In this document: piece after piece, positions 29,591 to 40,649 of the stretch
Layout: each line of letters begins with the position of its first letter
Numbering within the stretch: position 1 is the stretch's first letter
Assembly (NCBI GenBank): GCA_001791645.1
Contig: MGFA01000019.1
Span: 29,774 to 93,773, forward strand
Length of the DNA: 64,000 bases
Source: Candidatus Uhrbacteria bacterium RIFOXYB12_FULL_58_10
GTDB taxonomy: Bacteria > Patescibacteriota > Patescibacteriia > UBA9934 > GWF2-40-263
Direction: 5' to 3'
Program-made: the position numbers and the translations under genes
Notes under the pieces: generated by a model
What the model saw: the letters and a program-made list of their open reading frames with translations, nothing else
Told to the model about the DNA's origin: nothing
Databases searched by the model: none

Positions 29591-30868
29591 TCAAGAGGTC
29601 GGAGCCTCTGCGAGAATTTCCTCCTCGATTTCCATCAGCCGATTGTACTTCGCCAGACGCTCGGAGCGCGAAAGCGATCCAGTCTTGATATATTCCGCGT
29701 TCACCGCGACCGCGAGGTCGGCGATGGTAGTGTCCGAAGTTTCACCGGAGCGATGCGAAACGGAAACCGCGTATCCGTTTTGCTGCGCGAGTAAAATGGC
29801 ATCCATGGTTTCGGAAAGCGTCCCGATCTGGTTGACTTTGATAAGAATCGCGTTCGCGCACCCCATCTCAATCCCCTTGCACAACCGATCCGCGTTCGTG
29901 ACGAAAAAATCGTCGCCTACCAACGCGAGTTTCTTTCCGAGACGCTCGGTCAGTTTCTTCCACCCGTCCCAGTCGTCCTCCGCCAGCCCATCCTCGAGCG
30001 ACACGATCGGATACTTCTTTGCCCACATTTCCCACATTTCAATCATCTGGTCGGACGTGAGGGTTTTCTTGTCGACGCGCAACACGTAGCGTTTTTTTTT
30101 CGCGTCGTACACCTCGGACGTCGCCGGATCCATCGCGAGCATCACGTCCTTCCCTGGCATGTAGCCCGCGTCCTGAATGGCCTGCGTGATGTGCTTGAAG
30201 GCGTCCTCGTTTCGCGCGAGCTTGACCGCGTACCCGCCTTCGTCGCCCTTGAGCGTTGAGAATCCCTTTTTCTTTAAGAGGCGCCCGAGGGCATGAAACA
30301 CCTCGGACCCACAACGCACGCGCTCCGCGAACCTACGCTGGCGCGGGACGATCATGAACTCCTGAAAGTCGAGAATCCATCCGGCATGCGCGCCGCCGTT
30401 CAGGATGTTCATCGTGGGAGTCGGCAAGCGATATACGTCGGACGGCAAGCCATAGGCACGGCGGATCCACTGATAGAGCGGCATGCGTTTGGCCCGCGCG
30501 GCCGCGTGCGCGCAGGCAAGCGACACGCCAAGGATCGCGTTCGCGCCGAGCTTCGACTTGTTCGCGGTCCCGTCGAGAATCAGCATGCGCGAGTCGACTT
30601 CGCGCTGGCGCGTGGCGTCCATGCCGACGAGTGTCTGAGCGATCGGGCCGTTTACGTTCTTCACTGCCTTCAATACGCCCAATCCCCCATACCGCTTCGC
30701 GTCTCCATCGCGCAACTCCAAGGCCTCGTGGACCCCCGTCGACGCTCCGCTTGGCACGCTCGCCGAGCCGCTCACGCCATTTTGCAACAAAACAGTCACC
30801 TCGAGCGTCGGGTTTCCGCGCGAATCAATGATCTCATGCGCGTGAACGTACTCAATGGCATTGGACAT
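29591..30868 (-). CDS. eno: Enolase
   Basis: DSRGNPT, PSGASTG, QEFM, GDEGG, KVNQIG, SHRSGET. Confidence 0.98.
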   Translation of the reverse strand: MSNAIEYVHAHEIIDSRGNPTLEVTVLLQNGVSGSASVPSGASTGVHEALELRDGDAKRYGGLGVLKAVKNVNGPIAQTLVGMDATRQREVDSRMLILDGTANKSKLGANAILGVSLACAHAAARAKRMPLYQWIRRAYGLPSDVYRLPTPTMNILNGGAHAGWILDFQEFMIVPRQRRFAERVRCGSEVFHALGRLLKKKGFSTLKGDEGGYAVKLARNEDAFKHITQAIQDAGYMPGKDVMLAMDPATSEVYDAKKKRYVLRVDKKTLTSDQMIEMWEMWAKKYPIVSLEDGLAEDDWDGWKKLTERLGKKLALVGDDFFVTNADRLCKGIEMGCANAILIKVNQIGTLSETMDAILLAQQNGYAVSVSHRSGETSDTTIADLAVAVNAEYIKTGSLSRSERLAKYNRLMEIEEEILAEAPTS

Positions 30869-30869
30869 A

Positions 30870-31118
30870 TTACGTGTTGAGCTTTTCCTTAAGGACGTTT
30901 GACATGCGGCTGAGCTTGGTCGTGACCAAAACGACGATGACCGTAATGAGGATCGCGTACAAGAACTTTGCGATCAGCCCGCCTTGCTCCGGGAACAACA
31001 GTTTGAATAAATCCTGAATGGCCTGATTCCACGCAAGACCGGCAACCAATCCGAATCCGGCCGCCACGAGCGTGGTCATCTTTTCGACGAGTTCCAATTT
31101 GAGGGCGTTACTCATCAT
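30870..31118 (-). CDS. DUF5654-like small membrane protein
   Basis: [15 protein letters not shown] motif. Confidence 0.8.
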   Translation of the reverse strand: MMSNALKLELVEKMTTLVAAGFGLVAGLAWNQAIQDLFKLLFPEQGGLIAKFLYAILITVIVVLVTTKLSRMSNVLKEKLNT

Positions 31119-32299
31119 ACTTCGAGCGCTTTAATGCCAGGCATTTTTTCCCCGGCCAAAAATTCCAGCATGGCTCCTCCTCCCGTGGATAGCAGCGTAA
31201 ATCGATCCGCGACGCCCGCGGCCTCGACGACCGGAATGGTGTCGCCTCCTCCGACGACCGTGACGGCGCTGCGCGTACGCGAGGCGATCGCCCGAGCGAT
31301 TTCGAACGATCCCGCGCAAAACGGCTCGCGCTCGCAGTATCCGAACGGACCATTCCACACGACCATTTTCGCGCGCTGGATCTCCTCCTTGTACCGACGG
31401 AGCGTTTCCGGCCCAACGTCCACGACACGATCCGTCTTTCGAATGTCCTCGACGGCGACCGTCCGACGCGACGCGTCCTTGCGAAGGCTCTTTGCCACCA
31501 CCACGTCGGTTGGAAGCCAGATTTTTCCACCCCATTCTCCCAAAATCTTCCGGGCGTCCGCCACCCCGTTCTGATCGTATGCCGAACGGCCGATTTCACG
31601 TTCCTGCGCCGCAAAAAACGCATGCGCGAGCGCGCCGCCAACTATGACGCGATCCGCCTCGGGCGCGAGACTGCGAAGCACGGGAAGCTTGTCTTTCATT
31701 TTCAACCCGCCCATGACGAGTACGAACGGATGCTTTGGATGCCTCATAACCCTTTCGAGCACTTCGACCTCGGTCGCAAGCTGCGGCCCCGCGTAACTCG
31801 TCAACTCGGAGGTAATGGCATCAACCGACGCATGCGCGCGATGCGACACGGCAAAGGCATCGTTCATGTAGATATCGCCAAGCTGTGAGAGTGCGTCCGC
31901 GAGAGCCGTCGAATTCCGTTCCTCACCCGGATCGAACCGCACGTTCTCAAGCATGATGACGTCGCCGTTTTTCATCTGACGAACCAAACGACGCGCGGAC
32001 GGGCCGACGATGTCATGGGCAACGCGCACCTCGGTCACAAGCAGCCCGGACAAACGCTTGGCCACCGGGCGCACCGAGTAAGCCGGCACGCGCTTGCCGC
32101 CAGGACGCCCAAGATGGGTCATGACGATCACTTTCGCTCCACGTTGACGGAGCCACTCAATGTCCACGGCCGCGCGCGCAATTTTTCCGTGCGGACCGTC
32201 AGCGGCTTTCCCTTTCGCGATGGGAACATTCGCGTCAATTCGAAGCAAGACTCGTTTTCCGGATAAGTTCACACCATTGCGCAGGGTCCGAAGCCGCAT
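31115..32299 (-). CDS. pgk: Phosphoglycerate kinase
   Basis: RIDANVP, THLGRP, LENVRF, NDAF..SHRAHAS, WNGP, GGGDT, STGGGA. Confidence 0.97.
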   Translation of the reverse strand: MRLRTLRNGVNLSGKRVLLRIDANVPIAKGKAADGPHGKIARAAVDIEWLRQRGAKVIVMTHLGRPGGKRVPAYSVRPVAKRLSGLLVTEVRVAHDIVGPSARRLVRQMKNGDVIMLENVRFDPGEERNSTALADALSQLGDIYMNDAFAVSHRAHASVDAITSELTSYAGPQLATEVEVLERVMRHPKHPFVLVMGGLKMKDKLPVLRSLAPEADRVIVGGALAHAFFAAQEREIGRSAYDQNGVADARKILGEWGGKIWLPTDVVVAKSLRKDASRRTVAVEDIRKTDRVVDVGPETLRRYKEEIQRAKMVVWNGPFGYCEREPFCAGSFEIARAIASRTRSAVTVVGGGDTIPVVEAAGVADRFTLLSTGGGAMLEFLAGEKMPGIKALEV

Positions 32300-32341
32300 A
32301 ACGCTGGCAGTGTATCACAAAATAAATGCGAGGGCGCGGGT

Positions 32342-33616
32342 CTAATCATTTTTCGCGTAAACGGACGATCCGGTTCTCCAAAGCTTCCAGGCAGACCGGG
32401 GTGCAAGAACGGAAAGAAAGTACATGAGGTCCACGGCCTTGAGCACGAGGTACCCGATCCTTCCATACAATCGCATGACCCCAAGATCCGCAATGGCATA
32501 CTTGCCGCCTACCGGAAGGATCATCGTCCATCGTTCCGGAGGATTCCAAAGCGTCGGTGCCTTGCGTTCCAAATGCCGGACGATATTTTCCGCGACGATG
32601 CCCGCCTCACGCACCGCGGCCTGTGCCAACGCGGGAACGCGGACATTCGTCTTTGGATGTAAAAAAGAGGCGCAGTCACCAAGCGCATACACCCCCCTCA
32701 TTCCCTCGACGGCAAACGCCCGATCGATCTTTATGAATCCATGTTCATCCACGGGCAATCCCCACTCCCTCACAAATGCGTGAGACTTCATTCCGGCCGT
32801 CCACACGGTCACGTCCGCCGGTTCGTCGTACACGGATCCGTCCGTCTTACATAAAGAGACAGACTCGAATCGCACTTCCTTCAAGGAAACGCCCGCGAGC
32901 GCCTTCACGCCAAGCGAAACCAACCGTTGTTTCGCTTTCTCACGAATCCGGGACGAAAAAGACGGCAATATCTCCGGCCCTGACTCCACGATGGTCACGT
33001 GAAAATGCCCTGGACGCACCGTTCCTTTCGCCACAAGACGCTGAAAGTAATTCGCAAGCTCCGCCACGAACTCCACGCCCGTTGCACCTCCGCCGACGAC
33101 CACGAACGAAATCTGACGGCTCGTTTCCCTCGCGTACGTTTTCAAAGACGCATGGATGCGATCGCGTACGCGAAATCCGTCGCGTAGCGTTTTTAGCGGG
33201 ATTGCATGTTCCAGAACGCCTGGGATGCCATAGGTCGCCGTTTCAGCCCCAACGGCTATGACCAGATCGTCGTATGGAAGCCGTTTGCCATCCGAAAGAA
33301 GCACGGTCCGGCTTTCCTGTTCCATGCCAAGCACCGCGCCTCGCACAAACCGGACGTTCTTCTTGGCCGCGACGTTCGCGTACGCGTCGAACCGCACGGA
33401 CACGCCGCGTTCAATCTCGTCTGCGCATGCCTTCCCGGACAATTCCAATTCCCCGCTCGCTACTTCATACAGCAACGGCGTGTAGAGGTGCGCGTCGTTC
33501 TGATCAACGAGCGTAACGGAACAATCCTTGATGCGCGCGCGACGCTTCGCGAGCTCAAACGCGGTTTTGAGCCCGCCAAACCCGCCGCCCACGATGACAA
33601 TCCGATGCGGTTCCAT
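32342..33616 (-). CDS. ndh: Type II NADH dehydrogenase-like flavoprotein
   Basis: GGGFGG, YTPLLYEVA, GGGATGVEF..E, WTAG, LGDCA, AQAA. Confidence 0.85.
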   Translation of the reverse strand: MEPHRIVIVGGGFGGLKTAFELAKRRARIKDCSVTLVDQNDAHLYTPLLYEVASGELELSGKACADEIERGVSVRFDAYANVAAKKNVRFVRGAVLGMEQESRTVLLSDGKRLPYDDLVIAVGAETATYGIPGVLEHAIPLKTLRDGFRVRDRIHASLKTYARETSRQISFVVVGGGATGVEFVAELANYFQRLVAKGTVRPGHFHVTIVESGPEILPSFSSRIREKAKQRLVSLGVKALAGVSLKEVRFESVSLCKTDGSVYDEPADVTVWTAGMKSHAFVREWGLPVDEHGFIKIDRAFAVEGMRGVYALGDCASFLHPKTNVRVPALAQAAVREAGIVAENIVRHLERKAPTLWNPPERWTMILPVGGKYAIADLGVMRLYGRIGYLVLKAVDLMYFLSVLAPRSAWKLWRTGSSVYAKND

Positions 33617-33638
33617 TTTGTTTCCTGTCTCTCAAATG

Positions 33639-34646
33639 TTAAAGCCCGCCGACGTACTCGGCCATTTCCACGAGGCGATTCGAATACCCCCATTCGTTGT
33701 CGTACCATGCGAGGACTTTCACGAGATCGCCGTCAACCACACGGGTCATCTCCAGGTCAACGACCGTAGAAAATGTCGATCCAATGAAGTCGGATGATAC
33801 GAGCGGAACCTCGGAAACGCCGACGATACCCTTCCACCGAGGAGAGGAGGCCGCTTTCTTGAACGCCGCGTTGATTTCCTCGGGGGTTACTTTCTTTTTC
33901 AAAACGAACGTGAAGTCCGAAAGGGACACGTCAAGCGTCGGAACGCGAATCGCGATGCCGTCGAACTTGCCCTTGAGCTCGGGAACCGCCTCGCTCGTTG
34001 CCTTCGCGGCGCCCGTCGAGGTCGGAACGATATTGACGAGCGCGGCGCGCGCGCGGCGCAGGTCCGGATGAAGCTTTGGTGGCAGGCCGTCCACCACGTT
34101 CTGCTCCGCGGTCACCGAATGGACCGTGGTCATCATGGCCTTCTTCACGCCAAAGGCTTCCGTCATAATCTGCGCGATCGGAGCGATGGAGTTCGTGGTG
34201 CACGACGCATTGTTGACGATCGCGTCGGACGCCTTCACTGTTTTGTGATTCACTCCCATGAGCACGGTTGGAACGTTCTTTGCCGGAGCGGAAATCACGA
34301 CGCGATGCGCCCCCGCAACCAAATGCGCGGACGCCGCTTCCTTGCTCGTGAATCGCCCGGTCGACTCGATGACCACGTCGACCTTGTGCCGTTTCCATGG
34401 CAGCATGGCCGGATCGGTCTCGGCGATAATCGGAATTTGGTGGCCGTCGACGATCAGATGACCTTCGTCAAACCCGACCTCGTGGTCCCAGGTGCGGAAC
34501 ACCGAGTCGTATTTGAGCAGATGCGCGAGGATCCTCGGCTCGGTAAGATCGTTGATGGCGACGATCTTCATCCCTTTCCGTCCCCAGCCGACGCGAAACG
34601 TCTGACGGCCAATGCGGCCAAACCCGTTGATGGCAATACGTATCAT
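33639..34646 (-). CDS. gap: Glyceraldehyde-3-phosphate dehydrogenase
   Basis: INGFGRIGR, NASCTTN, STGAAKA, WYDNEWGY. Confidence 0.98.
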   Translation of the reverse strand: MIRIAINGFGRIGRQTFRVGWGRKGMKIVAINDLTEPRILAHLLKYDSVFRTWDHEVGFDEGHLIVDGHQIPIIAETDPAMLPWKRHKVDVVIESTGRFTSKEAASAHLVAGAHRVVISAPAKNVPTVLMGVNHKTVKASDAIVNNASCTTNSIAPIAQIMTEAFGVKKAMMTTVHSVTAEQNVVDGLPPKLHPDLRRARAALVNIVPTSTGAAKATSEAVPELKGKFDGIAIRVPTLDVSLSDFTFVLKKKVTPEEINAAFKKAASSPRWKGIVGVSEVPLVSSDFIGSTFSTVVDLEMTRVVDGDLVKVLAWYDNEWGYSNRLVEMAEYVGGL

Positions 34647-34726
34647 AGGCCCTTAGTATATCAGAAAATCAAAAGAACCAGGATCCAAAATGATACCTGG
34701 CTCTGGTTCTTTGCATTTTCGGCCCG

Positions 34727-35314
34727 TTATCCAATCTGGAACCGGCTAAACCGGCTGACTTGGATGTTCTCGCCAATTGTGGCGATTTTGGCTTTCACGA
34801 ACTCGTCGACAGTTGTGTCCTCGTCCTTGATAAACGGCTGCTCGAGCAGGCACACGTCGCTGAAATACTTGTTCAGTTTTCCTTCCACGATCTTTTCGAC
34901 GATCTCCGCTGGCTTGGCTTGTTCGGCCATCTCCGCAGCATAGATCTCCCTCTCCTTCGCGACGACCTCCGCCGGAACGTCCTCGCGTTTCACGTAGAGC
35001 GGGTCCGCGGCGGAAATGTGCATGGCAAGGTCATGACAAAGTTCGGTAAACGCCTCGTTGCGCGCGACGAAGTCCGTTTCGCACAGCACTTCAACCATGG
35101 CTCCGAGCTTGCCATTGCTATGGATATAGGAGAACACGCGGCCTTCCTTCGTTGCCCGATCGGACTTCGACGCCGCCTTGGCAAGTCCTTTCGCGCGCAG
35201 CGCCTCGGCCGCGGCGGTCAGGTCGCCGTTCGTTCCTTCGAGTGACTTCTTGGCATCCATCATGCCAGCGCCAGTCATTTCGCGCAGCTGCGCGACGAGT
35301 TTTGCATCGATCAT
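34727..35314 (-). CDS. tsf: Elongation factor Ts (short form)
   Basis: LREMTGAGMMDAK, CETDFVA. Confidence 0.96.
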   Translation of the reverse strand: MIDAKLVAQLREMTGAGMMDAKKSLEGTNGDLTAAAEALRAKGLAKAASKSDRATKEGRVFSYIHSNGKLGAMVEVLCETDFVARNEAFTELCHDLAMHISAADPLYVKREDVPAEVVAKEREIYAAEMAEQAKPAEIVEKIVEGKLNKYFSDVCLLEQPFIKDEDTTVDEFVKAKIATIGENIQVSRFSRFQIG

Positions 35315-35350
35315 AATGAGCTTGTTAGCTAACTCCCTCACTCCCAAAAT

Positions 35351-36088
35351 TTATACCGCCTTTGGTGTTTGCTCCACCTGCTTTTGCAGCGCGGCGCGCT
35401 TGGCTTCCACCACGCCTTCCAATACGGCCTCAGAAATAAGGCTTGTGATGAGATCAATGGACTTCACGGCATCGTCGTTGGCAGGAATCACGTAATTTAC
35501 CCCGTCCGGATTCACGTTGGTGTCACAAATTGCGACCACCTTGGTACCGATCACGTTTGCCTCGTCCACGGCGGTCTTCTCCATGCGGATGTCCACCACG
35601 AAGATCGCCTCCGGCGGCTTCTCTAGCATCTGGATACCACCGACCTTGTGCTCCATCTCTTCGATCTCGCGACCAAGGATGATCTGTTCCTTTTTCGTAT
35701 ACTTCTTGAGCTCGCCCTTCTCACGCTGATCCTTCAGGGTACGCAGGCGCTTGAGGGTATGCTTGATCTGCGCGAAGTTGGTGAGCGTCCCGCCGAGCCA
35801 GCGCTGCGTGACATACGGCATACCGCACGCCTTCGCATACTTCTCAACGATCGGCTGCGCCTGGCGCTTCGTGCCGACGAACAGCACGTTTCCGCCGCGG
35901 GCCGCGACGGACTTCACGAACGCGAGCGCGTCCGGGAGCATCTGCTGTGTCTTTTCCAGGTCCACGATGTGGATCCCGCCGCGCGAACCAAAAATGAAAT
36001 TCTTCATCTTTGGATGCCAGCGCGAGGTCTGGTGGCCGAAATGGACTCCGGCTTGGAGCATTTCGACCAGGTTTGGCAACTTGGCCAT
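35351..36088 (-). CDS. rpsB: 30S ribosomal protein S2
   Basis: AGVHFGH, RWLGGTLTN, DTN, PANDD. Confidence 0.98.
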   Translation of the reverse strand: MAKLPNLVEMLQAGVHFGHQTSRWHPKMKNFIFGSRGGIHIVDLEKTQQMLPDALAFVKSVAARGGNVLFVGTKRQAQPIVEKYAKACGMPYVTQRWLGGTLTNFAQIKHTLKRLRTLKDQREKGELKKYTKKEQIILGREIEEMEHKVGGIQMLEKPPEAIFVVDIRMEKTAVDEANVIGTKVVAICDTNVNPDGVNYVIPANDDAVKSIDLITSLISEAVLEGVVEAKRAALQKQVEQTPKAV

Positions 36089-36099
36089 ACGATATTTTC

Positions 36100-36219
36100 C
36101 TTTTAACACCGACGGGCCGCCGCGGGCCCCAGCACTTGCCAGGGAGGATCCGAGCGCGGTTAACCCCCGTCTGTTTGATTTATGCGCGGAGTATAAAGGA
36201 AGAGTTGATTTTGGTCAAC
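36100..36219 (-). promoter_or_regulatory. rpsB promoter and structured 5' leader
   Basis: TTGACC-17-TATACT; nested GACGGG/CCCGTC and CCGCG/CGCGG stems, consistent with an S2-responsive leader. Confidence 0.55.
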
Positions 36220-36227
36220 CACAACTC

Positions 36228-37253
36228 CTATCGAATAAACATGGCATCGCCGAAAGAAAAGAAACGATAGCCCAGACGAACCGCTTCCCCGTAGGCGGCA
36301 AGGACACGCTCACGGCCGGCGAAAGCGGAAACAAGCACGAGAAGCGTGGACTTCGGCAAATGGAAGTTGGTGATCAGGCCGTCGATGATCCTAAAGTCAA
36401 AACCCGGCGTGATGAACAGATTCACGTCGCCGACAAATCCCGTTTCCGGCACGCCGCTTCCCTCGAGCGAGCGTACCGTCGTCGTTCCAACCGCGATCAC
36501 GCGCCGACCTTCGCGCTTTGCCGCGTTTATCCTCGACGCGGTGCCGGCATTGATCAAAACGAACTCCCGGTGCATCTCGTGTTCCTCGAGCGTTGCGACC
36601 TTCACCGGCCGGAACGTCCCAATGCCGACGTGCAGCGTGACGAACTCGAACTGCACGCCCTTCTCTTTCAACGACGCGATCAGCTCCGGCGTAAAGTGAA
36701 ACCCGGCGGTCGGAGCCGCCACCGATCCGGTTTCCTTCGCATAGACGGTCTGGTAATCCTCGAGCTTTTCCGGAACATGATCAACGTATGGCGGAACCGG
36801 GATCCTTCCATGCACATCCGAAAACGCCAGCACCTCGTCGATGCCAACTTCAAACGCAAGCGTCGCCGTGCCATCCTCGTGCTTCCCGACGACCGTTGCG
36901 ACCAACCCGCCGAGATCAAACGCGTCGCCAATCTTCGCCTTGCGCCCGGGCCTGAGCAACGCCGACCACTCCTTCCCATCCCCACGCAACAAAAAGACCT
37001 CCGCTATTTTAGATTCTCCATTTTTCAGTTTGCACTCCCCGCTCAATCTCGCTCGAAAGACCTTCGTGTCATTCATCACCAGCACATCACCAGCGCACAG
37101 CTCGTCCTCGATGTCAAAAAATCGCCTATGCTCAACCTTGCCGGTCGCTCGACCAAGCAAAAGCAACCGCGAGTGGTCACGCGGCCGTGCCGGCTCCTGA
37201 GCGATTTGTTCCGACGGAAGATGATAAGAAAACAGATCAATCGACGTCCCCAT
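36228..37253 (-). CDS. queA: SAM:tRNA ribosyltransferase-isomerase
   Basis: IAQEP, PPY, YQTVYA, AAPTAGFHF, LHVGIGTF, TNFHLPKSTL, FSFGDAM. Confidence 0.96.
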   Translation of the reverse strand: MGTSIDLFSYHLPSEQIAQEPARPRDHSRLLLLGRATGKVEHRRFFDIEDELCAGDVLVMNDTKVFRARLSGECKLKNGESKIAEVFLLRGDGKEWSALLRPGRKAKIGDAFDLGGLVATVVGKHEDGTATLAFEVGIDEVLAFSDVHGRIPVPPYVDHVPEKLEDYQTVYAKETGSVAAPTAGFHFTPELIASLKEKGVQFEFVTLHVGIGTFRPVKVATLEEHEMHREFVLINAGTASRINAAKREGRRVIAVGTTTVRSLEGSGVPETGFVGDVNLFITPGFDFRIIDGLITNFHLPKSTLLVLVSAFAGRERVLAAYGEAVRLGYRFFSFGDAMFIR

Positions 37254-37474
37254 ATGTTGTCCAAAGCCGGCTATGGCCAATTGGCGTAAGAAAAACAGTC
37301 AATTTCGTTAATAGCGTAAATCTCATCATAATATCCTATGACTATCAAGCAGTCCGCGGCAACGAGTACGTCATTTCAGGGGGCGACCCCGACGCGCGGG
37401 AAACGCGCGGTGACTTCCGCGCAGGGGTTTGTGTTTGTTGTTCATGGTCGCACAGCCTTTTCGCGGAGGATGAA

Positions 37475-37503
37475 TTGACATCCAACGGCCCCTTTGCTAC
37501 ACT
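37475..37503 (+). promoter_or_regulatory. Sigma70 promoter of rpmE-prfA
   Basis: TTGACA-17-TACACT. Confidence 0.75.
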
Positions 37504-37527
37504 TCCGCTCGTTATTCTCCACCTATT

Positions 37528-37812
37528 ATGAAGAAGGAAATCCACCCGGAATACTTCGAAAAAGCTAAGATTGTCTGTGCCTGTGGCGCGGTCTATGAGG
37601 TCGGCTCCACGCTCGCGGAAATCTCGGTTGAACTTTGCGCTGCCTGCCATCCGTTCTATACTGGCAAGCAGAAGATCATCGACACGGCTCGCCGCGTCGA
37701 AAAGTTCGGTGAAAAACTGACCAAGAAGGATGCCGGCAAGACGGTCGCAAAGCGTGCCAAACAGGCCGCCCGTACCGCAAAGAAAAAGGACAGCGCGAAA
37801 AAGGTCTCATAG
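37528..37812 (+). CDS. rpmE: 50S ribosomal protein L31 (Zn-binding type)
   Basis: MKKEIHPEY, CACG, CAACHPFYTG. Confidence 0.97.
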   Translation: MKKEIHPEYFEKAKIVCACGAVYEVGSTLAEISVELCAACHPFYTGKQKIIDTARRVEKFGEKLTKKDAGKTVAKRAKQAARTAKKKDSAKKVS

Positions 37813-37815
37813 ATC

Positions 37816-38880
37816 ATGAATCTCCTCGACGAGCTCACGAAGATCCAAGCGCGTCAGAAAGAGCTCGAGTCACGTCTCAGTGACCCGAGCGTTCTTTCTA
37901 ATATGACTCTTTTGCGCGAGGTGAACACGGAGTTTGGGGAGACAAATGAGGTCATCGCAATCGGACAGCGGTATGCGAAGGCCGTCTCCGACCTGAAGGG
38001 CGCGGAAGCGACGCTCGCTTCCGAGTCCGACCCAGACATGCGTCAGATGGCCGCGGACGAAATCGAACTCTTGAAAAGCCAAATCCCCAAGCTCGAGGAA
38101 GACTTCACGCTTGCCCTCGTCCCTCCTGACCCGCTCGACAAAAAAAATTCCATCGTCGAAATTCGAGCTGGCGCGGGCGGCGACGAATCCGCGCTCTTCG
38201 CCTCGGAACTTTTTCGCATGTACACGCGGTACGCCGACAAACAGGGGTGGAAGGTCAACCTTATCTCCTCAAACCGCAACGACTTGGGCGGATTCAAGGA
38301 AATAATTTTCTCCATCGACGGGAGAAGCGTATACAGCCGCCTCAAGTACGAATCCGGTGTCCATCGCGTGCAACGCGTGCCAGAAACCGAAAAGGCCGGC
38401 CGCGTGCATACTTCGACTGTCACGGTCGCCATTATGCCGGAGGCAGAGGAAATCGATATCCGGATTGAGCCAAAAGACCTACGCATCGATACGATGACTT
38501 CCGGCGGCGCGGGCGGACAAAGCGTAAACACCACCTATTCGGCGATCCGCGTAACGCACATTCCAACGGGCGTGGTGGTGCAGTGCCAGGACGAACGCAG
38601 CCAAGCGCAAAACAAAGAACGGGCTATGTCGGTTCTTCGCGCGCGGCTATTCGCGTTCGAGCAAGAGAAGGTGGACAAGGCGCGAGGAGAATCGGTCCGC
38701 GGACAAATCGGCAGCGGCGACCGTTCGGAAAAAATTCGGACCTACAACTTTCCTCAGGACCGTCTGACCGACCACCGAATTGGACAAAATTTTCATAACC
38801 TTCCAGGCATCATGGAGGGAGATCTCGACGAAATCATCACGGCGCTCAAAACCGCGGAACTCAACGACACGGACCGATGA
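37816..38880 (+). CDS. prfA: Peptide chain release factor 1
   Basis: [28 protein letters not shown]. Confidence 0.97.
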   Translation: MNLLDELTKIQARQKELESRLSDPSVLSNMTLLREVNTEFGETNEVIAIGQRYAKAVSDLKGAEATLASESDPDMRQMAADEIELLKSQIPKLEEDFTLALVPPDPLDKKNSIVEIRAGAGGDESALFASELFRMYTRYADKQGWKVNLISSNRNDLGGFKEIIFSIDGRSVYSRLKYESGVHRVQRVPETEKAGRVHTSTVTVAIMPEAEEIDIRIEPKDLRIDTMTSGGAGGQSVNTTYSAIRVTHIPTGVVVQCQDERSQAQNKERAMSVLRARLFAFEQEKVDKARGESVRGQIGSGDRSEKIRTYNFPQDRLTDHRIGQNFHNLPGIMEGDLDEIITALKTAELNDTDR

Positions 38881-38913
38881 GTTTTGTCGCCGGTATGCTA
38901 AGATGATCCCGAT

Positions 38914-39831
38914 ATGCTTGTGATGGAAGCGCTGCAATGGGCAAATGACGCCCTCAAGCGCCATATCGACAAAACCGACGACGGAGGACGCCTGGACTCT
39001 CCCATGCTCGACGCGGAGGTGTTGCTTGCGGCGGTCTTAAATGCGAACAAGCCCTGGTTGTTTACGCACCTTGACCATCGATTGACCGCCGAACAGGAAG
39101 AGCGTTTTCATGAGCACGTGAAGCGAAGAACAACGCACGAACCCGTGGCATACATCATCGGATACCGAGAATTTTTCAAACGCAGGTTCCAGGTCAACCG
39201 ATTTGTCCTGATCCCGCGTCCGGCAACGGAGGTTCTGGTTGAACGCGCCCTCGCGGCGGCCGACGGGCCGGAGCGCGACCACACGGTGTTCGCGGACGTG
39301 GGAACCGGATCGGGCGCCATCGCGGTGACTCTCGCCGCCGAGTCGCAGCTCCCCGTGTTCGCAACCGACACAAGCAAACAGGCACTCGCCGTCGCGAAAG
39401 CGAACGCGGAAGAACATCACGTCGAGGAACTCGTCGACCTGAAGCACGGAGATCTCATCGAGCCGATCGTGCGTATCTTCAAATCCGTGGCCGCGACGCA
39501 TCCGCAGACCTTCCGACACCTGGTGCTTTGCGCGAACCTGCCGTACCTGACCGACTTTCAGGTAGACACCGGCCAGCGCGACGTGCGCGACTTTGAACCA
39601 CGCGAGGCGCTCGTGGCGGGACGCGACGGGCTCGACGCGTATTGGAACTTATTCCGACAGCTCAAGCGCCATCGAGGCGTTCTTCCAAAACGCCTGACGG
39701 CGCTTATCGAAATCGATCCGTCACAACGCCAATCTATCGTAGACCTCATCCGCCATGACTTCCCCGCCGCCAAGCCACATATCGAAAACGACCTCGAAGG
39801 CTTCGCCCGCGTCGTGCTGACAGCACTATAA
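38914..39831 (+). CDS. prmC: Release factor glutamine methyltransferase
   Basis: LIPRPATE, DVGTGSG, ANLPY; follows prfA. Confidence 0.93.
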   Translation: MLVMEALQWANDALKRHIDKTDDGGRLDSPMLDAEVLLAAVLNANKPWLFTHLDHRLTAEQEERFHEHVKRRTTHEPVAYIIGYREFFKRRFQVNRFVLIPRPATEVLVERALAAADGPERDHTVFADVGTGSGAIAVTLAAESQLPVFATDTSKQALAVAKANAEEHHVEELVDLKHGDLIEPIVRIFKSVAATHPQTFRHLVLCANLPYLTDFQVDTGQRDVRDFEPREALVAGRDGLDAYWNLFRQLKRHRGVLPKRLTALIEIDPSQRQSIVDLIRHDFPAAKPHIENDLEGFARVVLTAL

Positions 39832-39874
39832 GGTCCCTTCCTGGTTTCTTAAACAAAAAAAGACGGCAGCGCCG

Positions 39875-40594
39875 TCAGGCCTCCTTTCCGTTTTCTCTTC
39901 CGCCGCCGTCGACGTTCACCACTGGCGAACCGCTCCCGCGCAGGAGCAACGCCGCGACCACCGATGGCCCGAGGTGGCCGAAGGATGCACTCCTGGCCAG
40001 TTCCCTGATCCCTTCGACCAGGATCCTGTTGCCTGTGACCTGGGCGCGGGCCAACTCGGGCTGCACCAGCACCTGGGCCGTTTCCGGCGTCGGCGCGACG
40101 TCGGCGAGCTGGAACGCGAGAATCTCGATCCCCCAGTCGGAAGTGGCACCATGAAGTGCCGTCTTCAGCTCCTCGCTGATCACCTGCAGGTCGTGCAGGT
40201 TGGACGACGACTTCGCGGAAAGACGCTCGCGCAGTATCGTCCCGCCGATGTCCTTGACGCTCTCGTACAGATTGGCCATCTCGAACAGCGCCTGATACAC
40301 GTCCGTCACACGGAACAACACCACTGCCTGAATGGTGTAGGACAGATTGTCCTTCAGGGTGATGGTCTGAGCCGCGAGGCCGAGGGTCGTCTTGCGTACG
40401 TGGACGCGTCGAAGCTCGTGCACAAACGGGATGACAAGGACGAACCCGGGCTCGACGACCCGAAGGAACCGGCCGAAACGCAGCAACCCGCCGCGCTCCC
40501 CCTCCTTCACGAACACCAGGCTCTTGAAGATGCCGAAACTGCCGGCAAGCCCACCCACGACATGTGGCATCATGTCCATCAATGTTCCGTCCAT
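39875..40594 (-). CDS. SPFH/band 7 domain protein
   Basis: FVKEGERG.LLRFGRF..VVEPG...VIPF; AAGGAG RBS, own promoter and terminator. Confidence 0.82.
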   Translation of the reverse strand: MDGTLMDMMPHVVGGLAGSFGIFKSLVFVKEGERGGLLRFGRFLRVVEPGFVLVIPFVHELRRVHVRKTTLGLAAQTITLKDNLSYTIQAVVLFRVTDVYQALFEMANLYESVKDIGGTILRERLSAKSSSNLHDLQVISEELKTALHGATSDWGIEILAFQLADVAPTPETAQVLVQPELARAQVTGNRILVEGIRELARSASFGHLGPSVVAALLLRGSGSPVVNVDGGGRENGKEA

Positions 40595-40649
40595 TCTGAC
40601 TCCTTCCCCTTCTTGGGGGAGGAAACAGTAACAAGGATGCGTGGATCCG

